Positions 15,253-23,526 of a DNA stretch of 64,000 nt are shown in pieces. A program made the position numbers and the translations under genes. The notes under the pieces are model-generated. The model had not been told where the DNA came from. It saw nothing but the letters and a program-made list of their open reading frames with translations, and ran no database searches. This stretch comes from Anaerolineales bacterium (GTDB lineage: Bacteria > Chloroflexota > Anaerolineae > Anaerolineales > RBG-16-64-43). The stretch lies in the NCBI GenBank assembly GCA_016928575.1, contig JAFGKK010000002.1:65519-129518 (forward strand). Reading direction: 5' to 3'. Within the stretch, counting starts at the first letter, position 1; every line of letters begins with the position of its first letter.

Positions 15253-15402
15253 CGGAGACCGGAAGCGGCTCCGGCTTCCGATTCTAAAAACGAATCGAGG
15301 TGATGACGACGGGGCAACACGGCATGGCGCTCTTGTTCACCACGCTTGTGGTGCGGGAATGGATTCTCGAAAAACAAAAAAGGGATTCAACCAACGAGGT
15401 GA

Positions 15403-15717
15403 ATGATGAAAACGAAAACCCCTGCCAAGCCCCGCCGGAACCGCGCGCCTTTCCGCGCCGGACCCCAGCGCAACAACCGAACCGGGTATAACGGCGTCAG
15501 CGTAACCTACACCAAGGGCAACAAAGGCCGGACGGTCATGCCGGTGGTGAGCGTCTATTACAAGCTGAAGGGGAAAGTGCACAACAAGCGGTTCTACATC
15601 CATCTGTTCCCCTCGAAGAAGGCGGCGATCGCCGCCGCGGTGAAATTCCGGAAAAAGATGGAAAGGGAAATGCTCCGGGAACGGAAGGCCAAATCGGCCC
15701 GGAAAGTAAAGCGCTGA
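15403..15717 (+). CDS. Small basic protein with AP2/ERF-like DNA-binding domain (putative)
   Basis: 104 aa. TGYNGVSVTY..VVSVYYKLKGKVHNKRFYIHLFPSKKAAIAAAVKFRKKME follows the AP2 pattern: YxGV, three strands, then a helix with an AA..A motif. Followed by a good terminator. Confidence 0.4.
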   Translation: MMKTKTPAKPRRNRAPFRAGPQRNNRTGYNGVSVTYTKGNKGRTVMPVVSVYYKLKGKVHNKRFYIHLFPSKKAAIAAAVKFRKKMEREMLRERKAKSARKVKR

Positions 15718-15736
15718 TCGGGCGCGGTATGAGACA

Positions 15737-15764
15737 AAGCGGCTCCCAGAGCCGCTTTTGGTTT
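15737..15764 (+). terminator. Rho-independent terminator
   Basis: 9-bp perfect stem aagcggctc/gagccgctt, 3-nt loop, then ttggttt. Confidence 0.65.
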
Positions 15765-15773
15765 CCCTTGGGG

Positions 15774-15799
15774 ACCCTAAGGGTTCCCAAGGGTTGGCG
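15774..15799. repeat. Direct repeat R1 (CCCWWGGG-box array)
   Basis: accctaagggttcccaagggttggcg. It matches R2 at 25 of 26 positions. A third box aaccctaagggt follows at 15801-15811. Confidence 0.9.
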
Positions 15800-16110
15800 A
15801 AACCCTAAGGGTCGTGAAAATTCCGCCCGATTTTCAGGAATTCAATGTAAACAGCGAGGATTGGGCGGGTGGGTCCCGCGGGAGCGTGAGTATGGCCTTC
15901 CATTGCATCCCGATGCTTGCGAAAACAATAAAACCGGGAATTTTACTTTTCGGTGATATTATTAGGTAATCTTTTTTCACTTCCTAACCGGATCGATTTT
16001 GCATTTTCCGTCGGACACTAGTAAATTGCCACGAAACCGGACCGAACAGTGGTGAAAATTCTTCCCCCACGCTTCCAGACTTCCGATTAAGCCATTATTT
16101 GGAGATACAT

Positions 16111-17244
16111 ATGACAATGAATAAACGCAATGGAAACAACATATGGGTAAAGGGCGGCCTAATCCTTGTTGTTGTGCTGATGAGTTTGGGTGCCTGCCTG
16201 GGAATCCGATCCGTCGTGGCGTGTCGGGAATTGGGATACTTTGACCTTTCCTGGTCGCCTGGAGAGCGGATCGCTTATACGCGGGCTGACTACTTCAGCC
16301 CAATCCCCCTTTGGCCCTTCCCGCCCGATGATGTTTATATCATCGATGAAAATGGTAGTGAAGAAAAGGCAAACGGCGATTTTGTGGATACTGTCAATCT
16401 GGGATGGTTGCCGGACGGGCGCCGCTTGGCATTTGCCGGCGGTCGATCATCCGGATGCTTTATCGCTGTTTTTGACGACGATGAAAATTCCCCGACGTGT
16501 GTTAACGATAGCACCCCCATGGCGGCACCCGCTTGGTCGCCGGATGGGACTCGCCTGGCCTTTTGGTCAACCGAACTCGTCCTGCAAATCATGACCAGTG
16601 ACGGCGCCAACACAAAAGAATATCCCTACATTACCGGCACAATCTACAATGATCTCAGTTGGTCGCCGGATGGGATGTTCATCGCCTATGTGACCAATAT
16701 ATTTGGTAATTTAGAAATATACAAAGTACAATCGGATGGAAATTCGCCAAAACGGCTGACCGACGAGTTTTCCGACGATTGGTCCCCATCATGGTCACCG
16801 GATGGGACGCGAATAGCTTTCCTGTCCCGGCGCGGCGGATACATGGGGGGACCTACACCGGAAAGCAAATGCGGCATTTCCTCAGGGTGCGGTTATCCCA
16901 AAACATACACGATGAAATCCGATGGGACGGATGTAAAGCTTCTCATCGATGCTCCGGCCACCGATTGGCGTGCGAAGTGGTCGCCGGATGGCTCGAGGAT
17001 AGTCTTGGTATCCGAACGCGACGGCAATCCGGAAATTTACATCGTTAACCCGGATGGCAGCGGTCTTGTGCGGCTGACGGACAATCGATACGAGGATTCC
17101 TCGCCCGTGTGGTCGCCGGACGGGACGCGAATCGCGTTTACTTCGAAGAGGAACGGTTTCCTTAACATCTATGTCATTAACGCGGATGGGACCGGGGAAA
17201 TCCAATTAACGCGAAATCCGTCGAATGCCCCTTGCCTACCCTGA
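16111..17244 (+). CDS. TolB-like beta-propeller protein (PD40/WD40-like repeats) with N-terminal membrane anchor
   Basis: Repeated WSPDG(T/M)R(L/I)AF motifs (at least 6). N-terminal hydrophobic helix GGLILVVVLMSLGACLG. ATG at 16111 with GGAGA 5 nt upstream. AT-richer than the flanks. Confidence 0.75.
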   Translation: MTMNKRNGNNIWVKGGLILVVVLMSLGACLGIRSVVACRELGYFDLSWSPGERIAYTRADYFSPIPLWPFPPDDVYIIDENGSEEKANGDFVDTVNLGWLPDGRRLAFAGGRSSGCFIAVFDDDENSPTCVNDSTPMAAPAWSPDGTRLAFWSTELVLQIMTSDGANTKEYPYITGTIYNDLSWSPDGMFIAYVTNIFGNLEIYKVQSDGNSPKRLTDEFSDDWSPSWSPDGTRIAFLSRRGGYMGGPTPESKCGISSGCGYPKTYTMKSDGTDVKLLIDAPATDWRAKWSPDGSRIVLVSERDGNPEIYIVNPDGSGLVRLTDNRYEDSSPVWSPDGTRIAFTSKRNGFLNIYVINADGTGEIQLTRNPSNAPCLP

Positions 17245-17342
17245 CCTTTCCTGGTGCCACAACCGGGGCCTCGTCGCTTCATTCTTCCGAAAACGCGTTT
17301 CACGACCGCACAATCTTGATTCATCCGTGCGGCGGCGGGAGT

Positions 17343-18320
17343 TTAGACAACCCTTAGGGTTCCCAAGGGTTCCCAAGGGTTGGCGGTCAGGCGCAGGAAG
17401 CCGCGCCGCAGAAGGGCCGTCCGCCGATCCACCGGATGCCCGTACTCGGAAGCCAGGAACCCGGCGGCCAGGACGAACCCATGCCGCGCATCCGCCGGGC
17501 TTTGCCGCAAGGCCCGCCGCCAGGAGGTTTCCCAATCGTCGAAGAACTTATCCAGCGAACTCCCGGGTCCGGCGCGGTGGATCAGGTCTTTCGGCAGGAC
17601 CGCCTGCCAGCCGCGCGGAGAAAAGGGGTGCTGCAAACGGACATAGAAGATCAGGCTGTCGTGCGTGGTCGCGGTCCGGGCGCGGCGATACAGATGAAAG
17701 ACCATCATCCGCCCCAACGGATCGCTGGTTCCTTCCAGCAAAAACCCCCCGTCGCATAAATATCCCGTCAGCGTTTCCAATGAGGAGGAATATTCCGCCT
17801 CCGGATACTGGCGGAGGACGTTCATCGCCCGGATCACCGCCGCGCGTTCCCCTTCGCGGAGCGGCAGATTAAATCCCCCCAGCCGGAATTCGATCCCCGG
17901 CCCGGACGCCTCCCGTGCGGCGGCCACCCGCGCCGGATCGATTTCCACGCCGAGGAACCGAAGATTCGGATTCAAGCGCCGCAGACGGGCTGCGGATTCG
18001 AGTGTCGTCTGCGGCGTTTCCCCGTAGCCCACATCAACATACAAGGCGGAAAGGGAGCGGATGAATTCGGCGTGGCACAGCGACAGATACGCATCAGTCG
18101 GCCGCAGGCGGTTGGCGGAGGTTTTGCCGCGGGTGGGAAGGCCGAGCGGTTTCTTCGAACGGAAAGGATTCCGTTTGAGCCCGTCCTTCCAGCCGCCTTT
18201 GGATCCGGAGGAATGCGGGGATATGGATTGCAGGGGGGAGGATGGATGGGGATTTACCTTCCGGCTGGACATCGATGATTCGGAAACCATTCCAATCTTT
18301 CCCGCCTTCCCTTCTCCCAT
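17343..18320 (-). CDS. Class I SAM-dependent methyltransferase-like protein
   Basis: Motif I-like YVDVGYGETP and motif II-like RFLGVEIDP. The start codon is uncertain (several in-frame Met). The C-terminus ..LTANPWEPLGTLRVV is encoded by repeat R2. Confidence 0.5.
   Translation of the reverse strand: MGEGKAGKIGMVSESSMSSRKVNPHPSSPLQSISPHSSGSKGGWKDGLKRNPFRSKKPLGLPTRGKTSANRLRPTDAYLSLCHAEFIRSLSALYVDVGYGETPQTTLESAARLRRLNPNLRFLGVEIDPARVAAAREASGPGIEFRLGGFNLPLREGERAAVIRAMNVLRQYPEAEYSSSLETLTGYLCDGGFLLEGTSDPLGRMMVFHLYRRARTATTHDSLIFYVRLQHPFSPRGWQAVLPKDLIHRAGPGSSLDKFFDDWETSWRRALRQSPADARHGFVLAAGFLASEYGHPVDRRTALLRRGFLRLTANPWEPLGTLRVV
17350..17385. repeat. Direct repeat R2 (CCCWWGGG-box array, one extra 10-nt unit)
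   Basis: acccttagggttcccaagggttcccaagggttggcg. It overlaps the last 13 codons of the minus-strand methyltransferase-like gene. Confidence 0.9.
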
Positions 18321-18351
18321 GGGAAGGGACGGTGGGGCGGGAGGCGAGGGG

Positions 18352-19287
18352 TCAGCTCAGCAGCCCGACTTCCCGCAACCGGACCTCGAGGATCCGGCTG
18401 TCGGAAAAATCCGTCAACCGGAGATTTTCCGGATCCCATCCGGCGGCCGCCTCGTGGGGAATCAGGCCGACCAACTCGGACTTCTCGATCTCCGCGCCGA
18501 GGGACGCGGCTTCGGCGCGGACGGCTTCGAAGGCTTGCCGGACGGATGTCCGGCGGTAATCGGTCAGGTTCATGGAAACTTGGGCCAACCCGCCGACCGG
18601 CAAGCCGAGCGCCTTGAGCGCCGGAAGGCCGCCGGAGGAGGCGCGGATTTTTTCGGCGACGGCGCGGGCGATCTCCACATCGCCGGTTTTCAGATACACG
18701 TTGAAGGCTATCAGCGGGCCGCGCGCGCCGACGGCGGCCGCGCCGGCCGGTCCGAGCCGGGCGGGGCCGAAATCCGGCCGCCGGGCGGGATCGGAACCGA
18801 TCGCGGCGGCGAGTCCTTCATACCCTCCCCGGCGGATCGCCGAGAGGTTTTTGCGCTCGGGCCGGGCGGCGGCTTCGCCGTAAAGGTAGACGGGGATTTC
18901 CAGTTCGTCGCCGATCCGGCGGCCGAGCGCGCGGGCGAGCTCGGCGCAATCTTCCATGGAGGCGCCCTGCAAGGGGATGAACGGGACGACGTCGGCGGCG
19001 CCGATCCGCGGATGAACGCCCGTGTGCCGGCGGAGGTCGATCCTTTCCGCGGCGCGCCGGACGGCCGCAAAAGCGGCTTCCAGCATTGCCGCGGGATCCC
19101 CGGCCAGGGTGACGACGGTCCGGTTGTGGTCGCGGTCGCCGGAGGAATCGAGCAGGCAGGCGCCGGGGACGGCGCGTGCGGCGGAGAGGATCGCGCCGAT
19201 CGTTGCCCCGTCGCAGCCTTCGGAAAAGTTCGGAACGCATTCGACCAACGGTCCCGCCAACGGATCCTCCCGGGAAGGAAAAAGCAC
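18352..19287 (-). CDS. Glutamate formimidoyltransferase
   Basis: N-terminal hallmark LVECVPNFSEG followed by ..DRDHNRTVVTLAG. 311 aa, which is typical for the transferase-only form. Confidence 0.85.
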   Translation of the reverse strand: MLFPSREDPLAGPLVECVPNFSEGCDGATIGAILSAARAVPGACLLDSSGDRDHNRTVVTLAGDPAAMLEAAFAAVRRAAERIDLRRHTGVHPRIGAADVVPFIPLQGASMEDCAELARALGRRIGDELEIPVYLYGEAAARPERKNLSAIRRGGYEGLAAAIGSDPARRPDFGPARLGPAGAAAVGARGPLIAFNVYLKTGDVEIARAVAEKIRASSGGLPALKALGLPVGGLAQVSMNLTDYRRTSVRQAFEAVRAEAASLGAEIEKSELVGLIPHEAAAGWDPENLRLTDFSDSRILEVRLREVGLLS

Positions 19288-19308
19288 CGCGGACGGCGGT
19301 GCCTCAGG

Positions 19309-19395
19309 CGGAGAGGGTGGGATTTGAACCCACGGAGCCTTTCAGCTCACGCGCTCTCCAAGCGCGCGCATTAGACCGGACTATGCAACCTCTCC
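19309..19395 (-). tRNA. tRNA-Ser (anticodon GGA)
   Basis: I folded the cloverleaf manually. Acceptor GGAGAGG/CCTCTCC. D stem GCAT/ATGC. Anticodon stem CGCGC/GCGCG with loop TTGGAGA. Long variable arm TGAGCTGAAAGGCTCC. T arm GTGGG-TTCAAAT-CCCAC. Discriminator G. CCA is not fully encoded. Confidence 0.9.
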
Positions 19396-19453
19396 AGGTG
19401 TTGCGCGCCGGGGTCTCCGTCGGCGCGCGGGGATTATACCACCCCCTCACCTG

Positions 19454-19520
19454 CCCTCCCCAAAATGGGAAAGGCGGAAAACCCGTATCCCGTGGTTCCT
19501 TTTTCCCATTTTGGGGAGGG
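19454..19520. repeat. 19-bp perfect inverted repeat abutting the PGI/PMI stop codon
   Basis: ccctccccaaaatgggaaa (19454-19472) and tttcccattttggggaggg (19502-19520), separated by a 29-nt spacer. No U-tract. Confidence 0.85.
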
Positions 19521-20585
19521 TTAGGGCGGGGTCAACAGCATCTTCTTCAGGTCCTCGATCACCGCCACGGGACTCGGATCGGTGTTGTAGAGGAAAGCCA
19601 GATAGAGGGCGGCGTAATCGCCGAAGTGCAGGCAGGTGTACATTTGCGAGAGCGGCCCGCCGCCGGAACCCTCGATCACCTCGGTCTGCCATCCCTGGCG
19701 GGCGAACAGGCCGCGGGTGATTTCGATCCGCCGGACGTTGCGCGGGTGGTTGCAGGTCGACCGCAGGAACACCGCGAACGACCGCTCGATCACTTCCCCC
19801 GGCTGGACCGTGCCCGCGACGGTGTTGTGATCGAGCTCGGGCAGTTCTTCGAACTGACTCCAGGCTTTGGCCACCTCGGAAACCTGCCCTTTCCAACGGC
19901 GGGCGACCGGCGCCAGATAGTCCGCGCCGAAAACGATCACCGACTTGCCGGGCCATTTGGCGGCCAGCTGCTTTGCGGGATTTTCTGCGCTGGGCATCCC
20001 CGCGGCGATGCTTTTCTGCTGGTTCCGCATCGCCGCCGCGGCGGCGGCAACATCCGCCGCCGGATCCGGGATCAGCCCGAGCCGGACGGCCGCCGCGCAG
20101 GGCAGTGCGAAGGTGTATCCGACCGCGCTGCGCGGTTGGCCGCGGTAGGAGAATTTCCACAGCGGAACTCCGTCCTTTTCCGCCTCCGCCGCCAGCTTGC
20201 CGCCGGTAGTCATAGCCAGCAACGCGCATTTGTTCTCCCGCGCGGATTGATAGGCTGAGAGGGTCTCCTCGGTGTTTCCGGAATAGGAGGAAGCGATCAC
20301 CAGCGTCTCCGGGCCCTTGGCCCAGGCCGGAAGGGAATAATCGCGCCAGACCGTGACCGACGCTCCGGAAAGCGGCGCAACGTAGGCGGAGAGCAGAGAG
20401 CCGCCGATGGCCGAGCCGCCCATGCCGGTGATCAGAACCCGCCGGACCTTCTTGTAAGAATCCGGGAGCGGGAAGGATTGCCCGGCCTGCCAGGCTTCCT
20501 CGAGCTGGTCCGGCAGGCGGTCGATCGCGCCGAGCATGTCTTGCGCGTCGATTTTCTTCATGGTCTGCAAGTCGTCTAGGATCAT
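19521..20585 (-). CDS. Bifunctional phosphoglucose/phosphomannose isomerase (SIS-domain family)
   Basis: SIS motifs ITGMGGSAIGG and VIASSYSGNTEET. The start is moved to ATG 20585 (MILDDLQTMKKID..) with GAGAGGA upstream. Confidence 0.8.
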   Translation of the reverse strand: MILDDLQTMKKIDAQDMLGAIDRLPDQLEEAWQAGQSFPLPDSYKKVRRVLITGMGGSAIGGSLLSAYVAPLSGASVTVWRDYSLPAWAKGPETLVIASSYSGNTEETLSAYQSARENKCALLAMTTGGKLAAEAEKDGVPLWKFSYRGQPRSAVGYTFALPCAAAVRLGLIPDPAADVAAAAAAMRNQQKSIAAGMPSAENPAKQLAAKWPGKSVIVFGADYLAPVARRWKGQVSEVAKAWSQFEELPELDHNTVAGTVQPGEVIERSFAVFLRSTCNHPRNVRRIEITRGLFARQGWQTEVIEGSGGGPLSQMYTCLHFGDYAALYLAFLYNTDPSPVAVIEDLKKMLLTPP

Positions 20586-20907
20586 GAGTCCTCTCAATTT
20601 TTTCCCCCTACTATTCTTTCGCCGTTTGAAAAGAGTCAAGAGTATACACCGGATTGTCTGACTCGCGTCCGCCCCGTGAAATATCCGGTTAGTGGAAAAG
20701 GGGGATCGGGATGATCATGAAGCGGTGTGTTCCAAGAGGGATCCGGTTGCAAAACCCCTGGATCCCGGCTTGGAACCCCGCTTCCCACGCTTCGCGAGGG
20801 CGGGCGCGGGGGAGCCACGCCGGGATGACGATCCAACGACTGCCGGGTATCGATCACAACGCCCTCTCTACCTTTGTAGACCGATCTTGGAGAAAAAGAA
20901 CCCTCTG

Positions 20908-21142
20908 CGGCATCCTCCCCCGATTGCAAGGCAAACGGGGGAGATAAAGGCGTCCGACATCCTACCCCGGTTACGCGGCAGGCGAGGGAGACGAAGGCGT
21001 ACGACATCCACCCCCGGTTGCGCATCAAACGGAAAGGACGAAGGCGTCCGACATCCTCCCCCGTTTGCGCAGCAAACGGGGGAGACAAAGGCGTCCGGCA
21101 TCCTCCCCCGGTTGCGCAGCAAACGGGGGAGGACAAAGGAGG
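20908..21142. repeat. Five tandem copies of a 47-bp hairpin-containing repeat
   Basis: Units start at 20908, 20955, 21002, 21049 and 21096. The best unit is cgacatcctcccccgtttgcgcagcaaacgggggagacaaaggcgtc, which contains a 13-bp stem ctcccccgtttgc/gcaaacgggggag with a 3-nt loop. The middle copies are degenerate. Confidence 0.9.
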
Positions 21143-21151
21143 GGGAGCGGA

Positions 21152-21964
21152 TTAGGAGTGAATCAACCTATACACATCCCGCTTGTTCCAGCCGCTTTGG
21201 TTGGCGATCTCTTCCGCCAGTTCTCCGGCCGGCCGGCCGCGCTTTGCTGCGCGCTGCAACGCCGTGCGGACGTCCGCTTCCGTCCATTTTTGCGCCTCCT
21301 CCGCGCCGCCGATCACCAGCGTGATCTCTCCGAGGAGCGGATGGGCGCGGAAGTGCGCCAGCACATCCGGCGCCGTGCCGCGCACGAATTCCTCGTGCAC
21401 CTTGGTCAACTCGCGGGCGACGGCCAGGCGGCGCGAGCCGAGGGCGGCGAGGATATCCTCCAGCGATTCCACCAACCGGTGCGGCGCCTCGAGGGCGACC
21501 AGAGTCCGGCGCTCCCCGGCGAACCCGGCAAGCAGAGCCCGGCGTTGGGCGGATTTCCGGGGCAGGTAGCCCAAGTAGATGAAGGAGTCGGTCGGCAGGC
21601 CCGAGGCGGTCAGCGCGGCGACCGGGGCGCACGGCCCGGGAATGGGAGTTACTTTATACCCGGCATCCAGGGCGGCGAGCACCAGCTCGTAGCCCGGATC
21701 GTTCAGCCCGGGCGTCCCGGCGTCGCTGACCAGCGCCACGTCGCCTTCCGCCAGCCGGGCGAGGATCTCCTCCATCCGCGCCAGTTTGTTGTGCTCGTGG
21801 TAGGAGATCCTCGGCGTGCGGATGCCGTAATGGGCGAGCAGTTTCGCCGTTTGGCGCGTATCCTCGGCGGCGATGCAGCCCGCCTCGCGCAGGACGCGCA
21901 ACGCGCGGGCGGAGACGTCCTCCAGATTGCCGATCGGCGTGGCAACCAGAAACAGCGTTCCCAT
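21152..21964 (-). CDS. rsmI: 16S rRNA (cytidine1402-2'-O)-methyltransferase
   Basis: N-terminus MGTLFLVATPIGNLEDVSARALRVLREAGCIAAEDTRQTAKLL is the tetrapyrrole-methylase-fold RsmI signature. 270 aa. Confidence 0.9.
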   Translation of the reverse strand: MGTLFLVATPIGNLEDVSARALRVLREAGCIAAEDTRQTAKLLAHYGIRTPRISYHEHNKLARMEEILARLAEGDVALVSDAGTPGLNDPGYELVLAALDAGYKVTPIPGPCAPVAALTASGLPTDSFIYLGYLPRKSAQRRALLAGFAGERRTLVALEAPHRLVESLEDILAALGSRRLAVARELTKVHEEFVRGTAPDVLAHFRAHPLLGEITLVIGGAEEAQKWTEADVRTALQRAAKRGRPAGELAEEIANQSGWNKRDVYRLIHS

Positions 21965-22096
21965 GGCGGCGGGATTTTAACATAGATCGCTTGTCCGGGG
22001 CGATGGTAAAGAAAGGGGAACGGAAAAGGGGATGATTGTTGTCTCTCCACCAGATACCGCCCTGCAGAAAATTTTCCGGCCGCCCCCCGTTCACTC

Positions 22097-22705
22097 TTAC
22101 GGTTTATGGCTTGCTTTTCTGGCGATCCAAGATAGGAAGAGCAAGATCAGAACCATGACCAAGGCGCAGGCGAAGAGGAAGGGAATCCATAGCCATCCTT
22201 CGACGTGTAAAAACGGGGCTAGGATAGTAAAGATAACCATCGATAAAATACCACTGATCACCAAGAAGAAAAGCCGAGCCGACGCTCTCAACAAGCTGCC
22301 GGGTTTCTGGTACGAATATTCTCCATCGGAACGATCGGCGGCGGATGGGGAGGACTCCTGCTCGATAAATAATCTCCCTTTTCGGGTAATGCCGCACACC
22401 ATCGAGTATGTCAAACCGTCCTTGGCATCCAGGTTGACGGGCAAAGAGGACTGGTTCACAAGTCCGCGCAATGAGATCTGATGAGGTCCGCTTTGCAGGG
22501 GGAATGTTTTTGTAAGGTCAGAGACGATATCGCCTGCTTTTTGGTTATCAATAAAGATTGAAAATATACCGAACAGATCGACAAGCGGGTTTATCCCAAA
22601 GCCTCCGATAAACTCACTGTGGATGCAATACACTTTCAAAAGTGCCGGCATGGCGGTTATCCTTGGAGAAATCATTGGATATATTCTGATACGGAATAAT
22701 ATCAT
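22097..22705 (-). CDS. Hypothetical membrane protein
   Basis: AT-rich ORF with a soluble N-terminal part and two C-terminal hydrophobic helices (LFFLVISGILSMVIFTILAPFL and WLWIPFLFACALVMVLILLFL). I recognise no domain. The start is uncertain. Confidence 0.4.
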   Translation of the reverse strand: MILFRIRIYPMISPRITAMPALLKVYCIHSEFIGGFGINPLVDLFGIFSIFIDNQKAGDIVSDLTKTFPLQSGPHQISLRGLVNQSSLPVNLDAKDGLTYSMVCGITRKGRLFIEQESSPSAADRSDGEYSYQKPGSLLRASARLFFLVISGILSMVIFTILAPFLHVEGWLWIPFLFACALVMVLILLFLSWIARKASHKP

Positions 22706-22782
22706 CCCTTGTCATTTTAATTTATATTGGAAGGAGTGACGGCGTCGGTGACGTGTTTTGCTTTGTACCAGATGCATGAAAA

Positions 22783-22887
22783 AATCCTCCACCCGCGCCA
22801 GTTGGTTATGCTCGTGGTACGAGATCGTCGGCGTGCGGATGACGCAATGCGCGAGCAACTTCCCCGTTTAGTGCATATCTTCAGTTG
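22783..22887 (-). pseudogene. rsmI-derived gene fragment (codons ~32-67 equivalent)
   Basis: Ungapped manual alignment to rsmI 21768-21850 (offset 1017 nt) gives 72 of 83 identical positions. It translates as STEDMH*TGKLLAHCVIRTPTISYHEHNQLARVEDFF, against RsmI AAEDTRQTAKLLAHYGIRTPRISYHEHNKLARMEEIL. Confidence 0.8.
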
Positions 22888-23389
22888 AAAATTGTCCGGG
22901 CTTCCATGAGTCTTTTAGTTTCCGAAAAAACACAAACAGCAATGAAAAAACCGCCGTAAGAACGACTACCGCTCCGACACTCCAGCGCAATAATCCATAC
23001 AGGGCATTAATGCTTATTTCAAATGTCCATAATTCATCAAAGTAACGAACCTGTACTTTAAACAAAAGAAGGCGAAAGGCGTATATGATACTTGCAATAA
23101 ATAATATAATTAATAGAAAAATAACGAAGGGAAATAAATGATGTTTGGGGTGGAATGTCTTTGAATATAAGAACAGAATCCATCCCGCGCATACAGAGCA
23201 AAATGATAAGCACAAAGCATAGGACATCTCAAAAAGTGGAACTTCCCATTGATGCAGTGAAACCAGCGATTGCCCCAGGACGATCTCGGACACCTTCACA
23301 AGCCAGGGGCCGGTAAGCAGACCGACGATTAACAAGATAGTCGTGATAAAAAGTAGGGTATTAAAAAATGGAAAACACTTTCGGTTCAT
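22868..23389 (-). CDS. Hypothetical polytopic membrane protein (candidate immunity protein)
   Basis: 173 aa with 4-5 hydrophobic helices, very AT-rich. Its last ~6 codons and its stop codon lie inside the rsmI-derived fragment. Confidence 0.5.
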   Translation of the reverse strand: MNRKCFPFFNTLLFITTILLIVGLLTGPWLVKVSEIVLGQSLVSLHQWEVPLFEMSYALCLSFCSVCAGWILFLYSKTFHPKHHLFPFVIFLLIILFIASIIYAFRLLLFKVQVRYFDELWTFEISINALYGLLRWSVGAVVVLTAVFSLLFVFFRKLKDSWKPGQFSTEDMH

Positions 23390-23526
23390 TATTCACCGTT
23401 CATTCCTTCCAATGATTTCTGCATGAGAATATATAGATTGGTTTGAATAAACAGGAAAGAAAGGATCCTCAGTTAAGGAAACATTTGGCATGGAAATATT
23501 CCATCCCGGCGCAAACAAATATATAT

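Noticed and set aside
20908-21142. Possible CRISPR array
   Set aside because: The 47-nt units abut one another with no unique spacers, the copies are degenerate, and no cas genes are nearby. I called it a tandem hairpin repeat instead.
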